Source: an uncultured Spirochaetota bacterium (GTDB lineage: Bacteria > Spirochaetota > Brevinematia > Brevinematales > JAOACQ01). Taken from it: 64,000 nucleotides of DNA. The position numbers were made by a program, and so were the translations under genes. Below the pieces are notes generated by a model. It did no database searches. It saw only the letters and a list, made by a program, of their open reading frames with translations, and had not been told where the DNA came from. Of the stretch, positions 39,873 through 50,427 are shown in pieces (position 1 is the first letter of the stretch; each line of letters opens with the position of its first letter). The DNA lies in NCBI GenBank assembly GCA_963835575.1, contig CAWIGG010000004.1:160001-224000 (forward strand). The letters run 5' to 3'.

Positions 39873-40832
39873 ATGCAGAATAATTATTCATTCACCATTA
39901 CAAAAGAGCTGGAAAGCTTGCGCCTTGATTCGGCTATAACGGCATACTGCCTTGAGAACTCCATCGAGCTGTCGAGGAGCGCTTTAAAGGCGCGGGAGAT
40001 GCCCGTCTCCGTCAACGGCCGGGGTGAAAAGCTCAGCTTCAAAGTCAGGGAAGGCGATAAAATTGAATTCACATTTATCGGGCCTAAAGCTCTAAATGCG
40101 ACCCCTCAGCCTGTCGAATTCGGCATAGTATACAGGGACGAAGACATCGCCGTGATCAACAAACCGTACGGGCTGACCGTTCATCCGGCCAGGGGGCATG
40201 AAGACCGCACCCTTGTGAACGGCCTTCTGTATTACTTCGATCAGAAATTACCGTCGCATGGAGGCGACGAGCGCCCCGGAATAGTCCACCGCCTGGACAA
40301 GGACACGGCCGGGCTGATGATCGTGGCGCTCAATGAAAAAGCGCATCACCGCCTGACTGAGGATTTTAAAAACAGGAAAATCGGCAAGATATACCATGCC
40401 GTTCTGAAAGGGACGCTTGATAAAGAAGGCCGGATAGAAGCACCCATCGGCCGTTCAAAGAGAGACAGAAAAAAAATGGCTGTCATCCCGGCCGGAAGGC
40501 CGTCAGTTACGGAATACCATGTCCTTGAGTACCTCAAAGACCACAGCTACATCGAAATCAACCTGCTTACCGGAAGGACGCACCAGATCCGCGTTCATTT
40601 TTCCAGCATCGGCCACCCTGTCGCCGGAGACCCTCTTTATTCCCGCGGCTTTAATCAATATGGGCTGACTGGGATCGCCCTCTGTTCGAAAAAGCTTTCT
40701 TTTACCCATCCGGTCAGCGGAAGGCCTCTGAATTTCGAGATCGACCTTCCTGAAGAGATGCAGAATCTTATTAATAAGTTAAGGACCGAACAAACCCCTT
40801 TTAAAATTGAGAATTCCATCAATAAAGCTTAA
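39873..40832 (+). CDS. rluD: RluA/RluD pseudouridine synthase
   Basis: RPGIVHRLDKDT, TGRTHQIRVH, S4-like N-terminus. Confidence 0.85.
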   Translation: MQNNYSFTITKELESLRLDSAITAYCLENSIELSRSALKAREMPVSVNGRGEKLSFKVREGDKIEFTFIGPKALNATPQPVEFGIVYRDEDIAVINKPYGLTVHPARGHEDRTLVNGLLYYFDQKLPSHGGDERPGIVHRLDKDTAGLMIVALNEKAHHRLTEDFKNRKIGKIYHAVLKGTLDKEGRIEAPIGRSKRDRKKMAVIPAGRPSVTEYHVLEYLKDHSYIEINLLTGRTHQIRVHFSSIGHPVAGDPLYSRGFNQYGLTGIALCSKKLSFTHPVSGRPLNFEIDLPEEMQNLINKLRTEQTPFKIENSINKA

Positions 40833-40871
40833 AATAATGCAGAAAATAAATATAATAGGAAAAATCAACTT

Positions 40872-41537
40872 GTGAGCATATTAAATAAAATTTATCACAA
40901 TAGATTATTTTCAATGCTTTTTCATACATTACTGTATACATTGAAAAAAGAGCTGTCTGACTGTAAGACTGTGCTCGACCTGGGGTGCGGCCCTTCCTCC
41001 CCGCTTCAGCATTGCGGAAACATACAATACAGCGTCGGTGTGGAAGCGTTTAAGCCTTATCTCGATGAGTCCAGGAAAAACAAAATCCATTCGGAATATC
41101 TGCAGAAAAACATCCTGGAATTGGATTACCCCGATAACAGCTTCGACGCCGTAATCCTGATAGAAGTGCTTGAGCACCTGCCGGAAGAACAGGGCCTGGA
41201 AATCCTGAAAAAGGCTGAAAAATGGGCCGGGAAAAAAGTTGTTGTGACATCGCCCAACGGTTTTGTCAGCCAGAAGGAACTCGATAATAACCCCCTGCAG
41301 AATCATCTTTCGGGCTGGGATGCCAAAAAAATGAAATCCCTGGGTTACAGGAGCCGCGGGTTGGCCGGACTAAAAGGACTGAGGCAGGAAGCGCAGTCTG
41401 ACTCCATGGATGAAATCACCTCAACCATCCGGTTCAGGCCCAGGTTTTTCTGGTTTATCATCGCGACCCTCAGTCAAATATTTACTTATTTTATACCGGG
41501 GCTGGCCTTCGAATTATTCAGCGTAAAAAAGAAATGA
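40872..41537 (+). CDS. Class I SAM-dependent methyltransferase
   Basis: VLDLGCG, EVLEHL. Confidence 0.85.
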   Translation: MSILNKIYHNRLFSMLFHTLLYTLKKELSDCKTVLDLGCGPSSPLQHCGNIQYSVGVEAFKPYLDESRKNKIHSEYLQKNILELDYPDNSFDAVILIEVLEHLPEEQGLEILKKAEKWAGKKVVVTSPNGFVSQKELDNNPLQNHLSGWDAKKMKSLGYRSRGLAGLKGLRQEAQSDSMDEITSTIRFRPRFFWFIIATLSQIFTYFIPGLAFELFSVKKK

Positions 41538-41549
41538 CCCGGCAGACGC

Positions 41550-42572
41550 CTAATTCTTAGGTTCGCTGATATTGTATTCAAACCGGATATGCTTCAGGAA
41601 TTGAGAATAGAGTTTCTTTTTATACCAGTCAACCATCGGGATCAATATAAAAGCCGGCAATATAATACATCCCAGGCTGAAAAACCAGAAACGGAGCGAC
41701 AGAAGATTTTGAGGCCTGTATTTGATCAAATAAAAAATCTCCCTTAAAAGATACCTGTATTTCCCATAGTTCCTGATCTGCACCAGGCCGACATAATTTT
41801 TAGAGGCGATATTTTTGATACAGAATTCCTTTATCTTCTTAAACTCCGGTTCGCTGTAAACCGACTGAAACATCTCAACCCAGCTTTTCACCGGGGATTT
41901 TTTGTAAATCGAGGACAATAAACGGGTCTGGCTGGTCGCTATTCTGACGGCTATGGTGTAGTCCTTGAGAAAAACGACCGGGCGCTTTTTCAAAATGGAA
42001 GCAAATGGATAGATGTGGCATGGAAATATGTCCTCATGAAACGGAAGGTCCATAAATTTCTTCCTGAAAGCAAGGCCCGACAGCTGTCCCAGGGTATCAA
42101 ACATGCACCGGATCCTTTCCGGACTGTCATGGATGGAAACTATTTCATCCGCGTCCGGGTTCAGCTGCCCGGTTGCCCTGACCGGCCGGTCGATAGATTC
42201 CTGGAACCAGTAATACGGTCTTGTCACAGCCCCGATTCCGGCATCCTTCCTGAATATTTCACAGGTCCTCATCAGGGCATCTTTGGCCAGAATATCATCC
42301 TGACCCATTAAGAAGAGTATATCCCCGTTAGCTTTTTTGCGGCATTCCTCCAGGTTTTTCGGATAGCCCAGATTGACGCTGTTCTTATAAAAATGAATCC
42401 TCTTGTCCTTTATGGAACGGACAACCTCTTCGGTATTATCTTTTGAGACGTCATCCTGGATGATGATTTCATAATTTGTAAAGCCTTGGTTTAAAATGCT
42501 GTTGAGGGTCTCTTTCAACACGTAACCGCCGTTATAGGTCGGTATGAGAATACTGAAAAACAAACCATCCAT
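41550..42572 (-). CDS. GT2 glycosyltransferase
   Basis: SILIPTYN, DDVSKD, QDD. Confidence 0.88.
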   Translation of the reverse strand: MDGLFFSILIPTYNGGYVLKETLNSILNQGFTNYEIIIQDDVSKDNTEEVVRSIKDKRIHFYKNSVNLGYPKNLEECRKKANGDILFLMGQDDILAKDALMRTCEIFRKDAGIGAVTRPYYWFQESIDRPVRATGQLNPDADEIVSIHDSPERIRCMFDTLGQLSGLAFRKKFMDLPFHEDIFPCHIYPFASILKKRPVVFLKDYTIAVRIATSQTRLLSSIYKKSPVKSWVEMFQSVYSEPEFKKIKEFCIKNIASKNYVGLVQIRNYGKYRYLLREIFYLIKYRPQNLLSLRFWFFSLGCIILPAFILIPMVDWYKKKLYSQFLKHIRFEYNISEPKN

Positions 42573-42589
42573 CCTTTTTTATCCTTTCA

Positions 42590-43486
42590 TTACTTATTTT
42601 TTCTGAGAAAGAACCTGGTCCCGACCATAAACCGGAGAAAGTACATCCCGGATGTGAGCAGCGGATGGGATAACAGCTTGATCCATTTTCCTTTTTCCAG
42701 AAAAACCCCCAGGAAGCGGTAGAAAAACCCGAACTGTTTTTTGATGTCCGGGTTGTTCCTGCCCCATTTCCGGATATAGCCGTCAAAACTCCGGGCATAA
42801 TAACCCTTCTTGGCCAGGTATTTCTTTAAGTCAAATTCCGATTCATTGTGGTATATCACATTTTGATATTGCAAGGGGTCCACACCATTATTGTTAATAA
42901 AATCCGCCATGTCCCATTTCAGAGCGCCGCCGGGCTTTCCCGGCAGTAACAGGCCGATCCTGCCGTTTTGCCTGATCTTTTTATCCATGTCCCAGTCTTC
43001 CGGGCCGCTCATGGCGGTATCAAATCCGCCTGTTTTAACAAAAGCTTCTTTTAAAAAAAAACGCACTCCGTCAATGACAGTTCCGTTATAAAAACTCCTT
43101 TCGAAACGCCGGACTTTGCTCCAGTAGCTTCTTCCCAGCACAATTTCCGGAATATGCAGAGCGGAGTATGGGCCGGTATTGATAAAAGCCAGGCAGTTTT
43201 CAATAAGACCGGGCGACAAAACCATATCCGCGTCGGCATACATTACGTATTTGCCGCCTGACTGATCGATCATTCCATAGTTCCGCTGGGCTGAGCGCTC
43301 CGGCCCTTTATTGAAAACGCGGGCATTATGGGCCAGGGCTATTTCCCTTGTTTTATCGGTTGAGCCGTTGTCGACAACAATGATTTCAATGTTTTTATAA
43401 GTCTGAAGTTCAATGCTTTTAATGCAGTTACCGATATTTTTTTCTTCGTTTTTTGTTGTGATTATGATGGAAACCAGATCAGCCAT
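42590..43486 (-). CDS. GT2 glycosyltransferase
   Basis: VVDNGSTD, RSAQRN, DADM, GGFD..EDWD. Confidence 0.88.
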   Translation of the reverse strand: MADLVSIIITTKNEEKNIGNCIKSIELQTYKNIEIIVVDNGSTDKTREIALAHNARVFNKGPERSAQRNYGMIDQSGGKYVMYADADMVLSPGLIENCLAFINTGPYSALHIPEIVLGRSYWSKVRRFERSFYNGTVIDGVRFFLKEAFVKTGGFDTAMSGPEDWDMDKKIRQNGRIGLLLPGKPGGALKWDMADFINNNGVDPLQYQNVIYHNESEFDLKKYLAKKGYYARSFDGYIRKWGRNNPDIKKQFGFFYRFLGVFLEKGKWIKLLSHPLLTSGMYFLRFMVGTRFFLRKNK

Positions 43487-43559
43487 TATTCATCCTTTAA
43501 TTCATGAATTATCAATTTATTATACTATATCAGTAATTTTATATCCAAAACTATTCGGA

Positions 43560-44774
43560 TCATGATTTGCAATACTTCCGGATCAGCTCCAATTCTTCAT
43601 TGAAAAGCTTGTCCCAATTGTAGCTTTGTATGCGCTCCAGCCCCGCATTTTGATATTTTTTATAGAGGCCGGGGGCTTCCAGCAGTTCAAGGATTTTCCC
43701 GGCAAACAGCTTTTTATCAAAACCGGGGCAGTAATCCACCGAGTCGCCGTAAACCGAATGGTAAGCCGGCAGGTCATACGCGACAACCGGAAGCCCGCAC
43801 GCGAAGGCTTCGCCGATGGCGATCCCCCAACCCTCCTCATGGGAAGGTGCGATAAATAAACGGGCGGATTTCAGTATTTTGAATTTCTCCTCATCCGTTA
43901 CCATTCCGGGATACTCTACATTGCCCGCCAGATTATATTTTTCAAATTCCTTTGTTAAACGGACCCGGTCGTCTTCGGATATTTTCCCTATCAAACTTAT
44001 TTTAATATCAGGGTATTTTTCCCTTACGGGCCGCAAGATCTCAGGCAGGTCATAGATTCCTTTGTTCGGGCGCATACCGATATGGATGATGTCCCGCTTC
44101 CGGCCGCCGGATTGTATTTCCTTTATCTGATCGATATTGAGGCCGCATTTGACAAACAGAATATCCTTTGGAAAACCCATGGATTTGACCGTTTCGCCTG
44201 CCTCTTTTCCCTCAAGGCTGTCCAGGATCATGCACTCGTCAAAAAACCCGGAAATTAATTTGAAAGACCGGAGCTGGAGGCGGAACACAAGCCAGTTAAG
44301 GAAATAATTGCCCTTTCTTTTTGACGGTTCAGGATAGCGGTGATAAATAGAAGAGAACAATACCCTGATCCTCTTTTTCTTTTTCATTAAAACCAGCGGA
44401 TAAATATCAAACAGGAAATCGCTGAACGCGTAGGCCAGGTCAAAATCGCCGGGACGGCCGAACCGGATCTTGAGGATAAAATGTATGATAGATATGAAAT
44501 TCGACCAGTACCGGAACATCCGGAAAGGCTCATTTTTAATGAACAGGGATGCTTTCAGAAGCACTACTTTCACTTTTTTTATAATATCCGGCCGGTCATG
44601 ATAATAGGTTAAAAACGAATTATACCCGCCTGAAGTCGTTACAAAAGTGATATCAAAACCGCCGTCTGATAGAAGCATCCTGATAAACTCAAACTGGCGG
44701 GTTTCACCGCCCGAGAATTCGGTCACCAGGCCGTTGCCCAGGCATGGCAAAAGGATTTTGATTTTATCTTTCAT
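43560..44774 (-). CDS. GT4 glycosyltransferase
   Basis: PSHEEGWGIAIGEAFACGLPVV. Confidence 0.9.
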   Translation of the reverse strand: MKDKIKILLPCLGNGLVTEFSGGETRQFEFIRMLLSDGGFDITFVTTSGGYNSFLTYYHDRPDIIKKVKVVLLKASLFIKNEPFRMFRYWSNFISIIHFILKIRFGRPGDFDLAYAFSDFLFDIYPLVLMKKKKRIRVLFSSIYHRYPEPSKRKGNYFLNWLVFRLQLRSFKLISGFFDECMILDSLEGKEAGETVKSMGFPKDILFVKCGLNIDQIKEIQSGGRKRDIIHIGMRPNKGIYDLPEILRPVREKYPDIKISLIGKISEDDRVRLTKEFEKYNLAGNVEYPGMVTDEEKFKILKSARLFIAPSHEEGWGIAIGEAFACGLPVVAYDLPAYHSVYGDSVDYCPGFDKKLFAGKILELLEAPGLYKKYQNAGLERIQSYNWDKLFNEELELIRKYCKS

Positions 44775-45000
44775 GAACGGCCGCTCTTCTTTTTATTATT
44801 TAATCGGCAGGAATTTTATAAATTCCTGCCGGGATAGTGTAACTGAAAGTCAGAATAACCGCAAAAATCGCCGGTTTTTCCCGATACGGATCTCAAGTCC
44901 TGAAGGGATTATCTTGAAAACTTTAAACGGATAAGCCGAAATAATTTTCCGGAAAGAATTTACTCCGGATATCATTATAAAGATACTCGTCAAAAGGAAT

Positions 45001-45030
45001 AAAAAACCCCTCCTGGCCGGGAGGGGTTTT
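45001..45030 (-). terminator. Rho-independent terminator after asd
   Basis: AAAACCCCTCC..GGAGGGGTTTT. Confidence 0.8.
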
Positions 45031-45036
45031 AATTTA

Positions 45037-46119
45037 TTATTTCGCTGTAATATACCCTTCGGCTTTTAAAAGCTCAGCGATCAGCACTGCCCCGCCGGCC
45101 GCGCCGCGGATGGTATTATGCGAAAGGCAGACAAACTTATAATCGAAGAGCTTGTCTTCACGGAGCCTGCCCATGGAAACTCCCATGCCCTTTCCAAGGT
45201 CCCTGTCCGGCTTTATCTGCGGCCTGGTTTCCTCATCAAAATAGGTAAGGAACGGCACCGGCGCACTGGGAAGCTTTAATTGCTGCGGCTTACCGGTAAA
45301 GGCTTTCCATCTTGAAAGAATTTCCTCTTTCGACGGCTTTTTTTCGAACGATATAAAAACCGCCGCCAGATGCCCGTCGGTCACCGGGACGCGTATGCAC
45401 TGCGAAGTGATGACAGGGCCCGCCGCATTGACAATTTTACTGTCTTTGACATCGCCCCAGATCTTAAGCGGTTCGTTTTCGCTTTTCTGCTCCTCTCCGC
45501 CGATGAAGGGTATCACATTATCAACCATTTCCGGCCAGCTTGCAAAGGTTTTTCCCGCGCCGGAGATGGCCTGGTAGGTGCAGGCCAGCACTTTGACCGG
45601 CTTGAATTCCATCAGGGGGTGAATCGCCGGGACATAGCTCTGGATCGAGCAGTTCGGCTTGACAACGATAAAGCCCTTTTTTGAGCCCAGCCGCTTTTTC
45701 TGCGCGTCAAGAACGGCAAGGTGCGCATGGTTGATCTCAGGGATCATCATCGGCACATCGGCAAAACCGCGCGCCGCAGAATTATTGGACACAACCGGGG
45801 TTTCATGCCGGGCGTATTCTTCCTCGAGCTTTAAAGTATCCTCTTTAGGCATGTCAACAGCGCAGAAAACAAAATCCACCAGACCGCTGACTTTATCCAC
45901 ATCAGACGCGTTATATACCGTCATTTTTTCGACATTTTTGGGAATAGGGCCTGACATGGCCCAGCGTCCCTTAACGGCTTCCGCGTAAGCCTTTCCGGCC
46001 GACTGCGGACTGGCCGCGACAAGAGTCACGTCAAAATAGGGATGGTTCTCAAGTAAAGTAACAAACCGCTGGCCCACCATTCCAGTGGCGCCGAGGACGG
46101 CGACTTTGAGCTTGCTCAT
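45037..46119 (-). CDS. asd: Aspartate-semialdehyde dehydrogenase (archaeal/eukaryotic-type clade)
   Basis: [32 protein letters not shown]. Confidence 0.93.
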   Translation of the reverse strand: MSKLKVAVLGATGMVGQRFVTLLENHPYFDVTLVAASPQSAGKAYAEAVKGRWAMSGPIPKNVEKMTVYNASDVDKVSGLVDFVFCAVDMPKEDTLKLEEEYARHETPVVSNNSAARGFADVPMMIPEINHAHLAVLDAQKKRLGSKKGFIVVKPNCSIQSYVPAIHPLMEFKPVKVLACTYQAISGAGKTFASWPEMVDNVIPFIGGEEQKSENEPLKIWGDVKDSKIVNAAGPVITSQCIRVPVTDGHLAAVFISFEKKPSKEEILSRWKAFTGKPQQLKLPSAPVPFLTYFDEETRPQIKPDRDLGKGMGVSMGRLREDKLFDYKFVCLSHNTIRGAAGGAVLIAELLKAEGYITAK

Positions 46120-46439
46120 AACTTTTTTCCTCCGAACTCTTTTCTTCCGTCCCGGTCTGGACGGAAATATCTTACTTATATACAAAGCTGGATATTATAG
46201 CAGAAAATACCATATTTCTCAAAATATTTTTCACTGACTACCATTAGGATTTTTTCCGGCAGACTGCCAGGGGTTTTGCGTACTTTTTTTCTTTTCAAAA
46301 AGAAAAAAAGTACGCCCGAAAAAAAGAAAACAGGTCGAGGCCATTTTCATACGAAGCAATCTGATCGTATTGATGTGTGTTATCCGGTTTTAATAAAAAC
46401 GATTCTATAATTTCATAGCCGCCTTAAAACGCTATCCTT

Positions 46440-48256
46440 GATACCGCTGAAAAATGGCACCTTTACAAAAACCGATTTCCTTAGATAACTTCAAGATTTA
46501 AAAAATTGAACACTTGAAGACACAAAAACAAAAATGACGCCAAATCCAAATAAAAGTAGATGATTCTACTTCATAATTCCCTTAATTCATCTCCAAAACT
46601 AACTTTTTGACAAATCTCTTTAAATTTAAAGCACAGGCTGCCATGTAATATTGCTGAGAACGGCCTGATTCCCCTTTATATTTCATCATTCTTAAACCAT
46701 GAAATCGAACCAGTGCGCTTATCGTCGATTCAACTTGTGCCCGAACTTTCATTTCTTCTTTAAATTTATCGGTCTTTTGTTCTTCTCTCCGCTTGCACAA
46801 AGTTGTGTATTCTTTTGTGATACATAATTTTCGCCCCCCGCACTTTTTACTTGTTCTTCTGACACATAACCCATAATTTATACAATTTCCGCATGTTTTC
46901 ATGTGAAAGGACACTTGATACGAATTACTTTTCTCACTAAAATTCCAGGAATCATTCGTCTTTCCTGCCGGACAGACAGCTTTCCGGTTTTGAATATCTA
47001 TTGAAAATTTATCCAATCTGAATTCTGCCGGAACTTCGTTTGAAGTTTTTTGTATATATCCCATCAGTACCTGGTCTTTATCTTCATATTCTTTAATCGC
47101 GCTGCTGCTGATATAATTGCTATCCGCAAAGATTTTCTTCGGATTTAATTTTGAATTTTCATTCCTTCTATCCAATTCCGGTAATATTTTATTGTCATTT
47201 TCCTTGTTTGATTGTGGTATCATATCAACTATGAAATTCACCTCGCCTTTGTTTGCTGTTTCAACGATATGGCATTTCTCGCCTGACCAGCTTGTTTTTC
47301 CTTTCTTTCCTAATTGAATGGTTGTATCCCGCGGGTCAATTACGCTCTGCATCGGCTTTTCTATTTCATCCACTTCTATAAACACTTTTTCACCTACTTC
47401 TTTTTCTCGAATGATCACATTTTCCTGAAATACGGTTTTCATTATTTTTAGCTGTTTCAAGACTTCTTCATTTTCTATCTTAGAACCCTCAATCATCCGC
47501 GTTATTCGATAGCCATCTTCCACAATCTCCGCCTGCTTGTCCGATCTCTTCCCCTTTGACATCCCGAATGAACTGAATTTCTTTGAGTAGCGTTCAATCA
47601 AATCCGCTGGAATATTTTCTTCATACCACACGGGATTATTTCTTTCTAATACTTCCAGTAATACTCGCACAGTTCTGAAGAGTAGTTCTGTCGTTGATAT
47701 CCGGTTTAAATGTTTTACAATATGAGTCGCGTCAATACGCTGGTGTGAATTACTTTTAATCAAACCTTTTTCCCGGCAAAACTCCACCATTTTCTTAAAG
47801 GCGTTATTTTCTTCTCCATTATTCCGAAAACGCTTTCTGAAATTACAGAGTGTGCTAGAGTCAAAAATGAAAACTTTCTCGATCGGCAAATGTAATGCGT
47901 ATTTCCAATCCAGCCGCAAATACACAGCTTCCGCTGCTTCTGAGTCTGACAGAGAATCAAAATATTGCAGAATGGTAACCATTGATAGAAATGCCGGTGA
48001 TATTCCATTGCGTCCTTTCCTGGAGTATAAATGTTTAAAATCCCCATCATGAAATATGGGATATATTTCCCTGGAAAATATCTTTAATGGGTTTGTTTCT
48101 TCAAGTAAATCCGACATCAAATTAGTTACCGAATATAGTTCATCCTGGCTATGTCTTTTTAAACTCATTTTATTACCCTGCAATTAATTATGTTAAATAT
48201 TATGACACATTAATATAATTACAGCAATGTATGTTAATGCATTTTTCAGCGGTATC
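46440..48256 (-). mobile_element. IS1182-family insertion sequence, 1817 bp
   Basis: Perfect 17-bp terminal IR GATACCGCTGAAAAATG (46440-46456 / 48240-48256); no target duplication seen. Confidence 0.85.
46582..48168 (-). CDS. IS1182-family DDE transposase
   Basis: GR...LSD.EA..RLDWKYAL, IDATH, ADSNY, CPAGK, R..VE. Confidence 0.9.
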   Translation of the reverse strand: MSLKRHSQDELYSVTNLMSDLLEETNPLKIFSREIYPIFHDGDFKHLYSRKGRNGISPAFLSMVTILQYFDSLSDSEAAEAVYLRLDWKYALHLPIEKVFIFDSSTLCNFRKRFRNNGEENNAFKKMVEFCREKGLIKSNSHQRIDATHIVKHLNRISTTELLFRTVRVLLEVLERNNPVWYEENIPADLIERYSKKFSSFGMSKGKRSDKQAEIVEDGYRITRMIEGSKIENEEVLKQLKIMKTVFQENVIIREKEVGEKVFIEVDEIEKPMQSVIDPRDTTIQLGKKGKTSWSGEKCHIVETANKGEVNFIVDMIPQSNKENDNKILPELDRRNENSKLNPKKIFADSNYISSSAIKEYEDKDQVLMGYIQKTSNEVPAEFRLDKFSIDIQNRKAVCPAGKTNDSWNFSEKSNSYQVSFHMKTCGNCINYGLCVRRTSKKCGGRKLCITKEYTTLCKRREEQKTDKFKEEMKVRAQVESTISALVRFHGLRMMKYKGESGRSQQYYMAACALNLKRFVKKLVLEMN

Positions 48257-48262
48257 GTCCGT

Positions 48263-48306
48263 GCCCAGCACCACTTTGAGAACAGGCAATCAAAGTGGTG
48301 CTGGGC
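48263..48306. repeat. Perfect 17-bp-stem hairpin next to the IS end
   Basis: GCCCAGCACCACTTTGA ... TCAAAGTGGTGCTGGGC. Confidence 0.7.
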
Positions 48307-48527
48307 GTCGGTTTTGACATCCGTGTCAAAAGTATGTGCTTCCTCTCTTCTATTATATAGCGGATGACACAACTTGATATTGAGATATTTAATCTGCCGA
48401 TTATGGTTAAGAGGAAAATGGCCTCGGGAACGGATGTTTATTTACGGAGGAGCGGAACGTCTACGCCGAGTTGTACGAAGGAACGTGCCAATTTTTATAA
48501 TAAGCAAGGCACGGATGCCGTTGGTTT

Positions 48528-49466
48528 TTAACAGTTCTTTAAATCTCTTAAAATTTCTTTATTATAAATTGAATATATTATTAAATGTTTAACTATAAGA
48601 TTTAAAAAACTAAAACTCTTTTCTGGCGATTGAATAATTTGAAGATCTTTTTTAAAATCATGAGTTTCTCCATGTGCTAAACAATTTCTATAATCGTAAA
48701 GTTTATTTAAGATAGAACTTACATAACAAGAAGTATCATTTTCTTTATTGAAGTATTCTTTTATATCAATTGTATTATCACTTTGATTATTTAATAAAAT
48801 TATTTTGTTTACAAATTGATTCCTTAATGAATTTTCATTTCCTTTTGAATTATGAGTCAATAACAAATCTATAATTGTAAACAATGATAGAGTTTTTAAT
48901 TCACCATCAGGAAAATCAAATGTATTTTGATAATCAAGCAGAGCTTTATTTATGAAATTAAATTCATCTTTTAATAAATCCGATTTGATTAATTTAATTT
49001 GATCAAAATACTTCTGTATGTTTATAACATTTTTTAAGTTTAAATTGGAAATTCTTTTTCTTTTTTCATAATTTAAGATTCTTTGCTGGAAAAAATAATT
49101 TTTTCTATTATTTAAATCTCCTGAAATTTGAATTGCCCAGCAAATATCGTCATTTAATAATAATGATAAATATAAATCATTATCAATTTCTTCATCTGGG
49201 TGTTCAATAATCCAATATTCCCATTCCTCAATATTTAAAAATTTCATCACATTTTGATCAAGTTCATTTTTTTCAATTTTCCATTCATGATCAAATCTAA
49301 AAATACTTAACTTAAGAAAGGTTTTATAAAAATCTTCGATTATTTTTAAATGGTCTAATTCTGCTTTTTTTAGGAAATGATTTGGTATTAATTGAAAATT
49401 ATTTAAGTTTGAATCAAAAAAATCACCCAAGACAATAAAATTCATAATCATTCCTATTACTGCCAT
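48528..49466 (-). CDS. HEPN-domain protein (Apea-like, putative RNase toxin/defence)
   Basis: YDYRNCLAHG Rx4H motif; very AT-rich. Confidence 0.75.
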   Translation of the reverse strand: MAVIGMIMNFIVLGDFFDSNLNNFQLIPNHFLKKAELDHLKIIEDFYKTFLKLSIFRFDHEWKIEKNELDQNVMKFLNIEEWEYWIIEHPDEEIDNDLYLSLLLNDDICWAIQISGDLNNRKNYFFQQRILNYEKRKRISNLNLKNVINIQKYFDQIKLIKSDLLKDEFNFINKALLDYQNTFDFPDGELKTLSLFTIIDLLLTHNSKGNENSLRNQFVNKIILLNNQSDNTIDIKEYFNKENDTSCYVSSILNKLYDYRNCLAHGETHDFKKDLQIIQSPEKSFSFLNLIVKHLIIYSIYNKEILRDLKNC

Positions 49467-49667
49467 TCAAGGATGAGTGACTGACATTAAAATTTTAAAC
49501 TGGCACGTTCTTTCGTACAACGGTCGGCGTTTGCGAAGCCGCTGGGAAGCCGTACAGCTCCGCTGTAGGCGAAGCGGTTTGGTGAGCCCTGCGTTGCGCT
49601 TCTCCGGCCTACCCGCGGCAGGGCGAGGAACGGAGCCGCTGTTATTAGATGAAGGTTGCGCCAAATG

Positions 49668-50138
49668 TTATTTCCATAAATTACCGGTTATTGACAGAAT
49701 TATTAAGGTAATTGGTATTAAGATATCCGGAATAACAGTAATTGCATTATAGGGTTTAAAATTCTTTTTTACAACCATTTCTTTTATATGGATAATAGCT
49801 GCTCCTAAAAATAGAGAAGAAAAGGCAATAATTACCGCAAGCCAAAAATTTCCCTTGAAATAATTGCATAGAATGCCAGTTACTATAAACCCTAATTCTG
49901 CAAAACCGAGCTCTTTTTGGAAAGGATTGCCTTTCGCCCAGCCAATTGATTCTGCAATTTTGTCAGAAAAGAATACATGCCCAAAAAATCCAGAAATTCC
50001 GGACATAGTAACACTTAAAGTTAATTGATAAAACAATAAATTGTTTGATATTGAAGTAATGTCTCTCAATGATGGATTTAAAATTGTTGTTACTATTCCA
50101 ACAATTAATCCAATAATCCAAAATAATAAGAATATCAT
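49668..50138 (-). CDS. DUF6790-like membrane protein
   Basis: GH.F..D.IA.SIGW...PFQ.E.GFA. Confidence 0.7.
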   Translation of the reverse strand: MIFLLFWIIGLIVGIVTTILNPSLRDITSISNNLLFYQLTLSVTMSGISGFFGHVFFSDKIAESIGWAKGNPFQKELGFAELGFIVTGILCNYFKGNFWLAVIIAFSSLFLGAAIIHIKEMVVKKNFKPYNAITVIPDILIPITLIILSITGNLWK

Positions 50139-50427
50139 ACAAAAGTCTCCTATAAATTTATTTTAATATAAATAAGCTTGGCAACTTTCATCTAACTTGT
50201 TATAAATGAATTAATCCATTTAAAATCATCATAATGAACTGCTGAAAATAATTCAAGCTTTGATATGTATTTAAGCTTTTATTCAGGAATTAGACAATCC
50301 GTGAAAATCCACCCTAATCCGTGCCAATCAGTGTGGACAATCGGATATTATAAAAAAGAATTCATCTATAAAAAGCATAATCGTACAAAATCTTCAGTAT
50401 TAAATCAAGCCAATGATTTAAAAAATC

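Larger units (their letters stand above)
48361..50256 (-). mobile_element. Integron-like gene cassette array with no integrase in the window (CALIN-like)
   Basis: GTT...AAC core inverted repeats bracket each gene; GC-rich attC-like spacer at 49515-49650. Confidence 0.7.

Noticed and set aside
46120..46260. Lysine riboswitch upstream of asd (or of dapA)
   Set aside because: Only a small hairpin is present; no recognisable L-box features.
49467..49752. Small ORFs in the cassette spacer
   Set aside because: They coincide with the GC-rich attC-like sequence.
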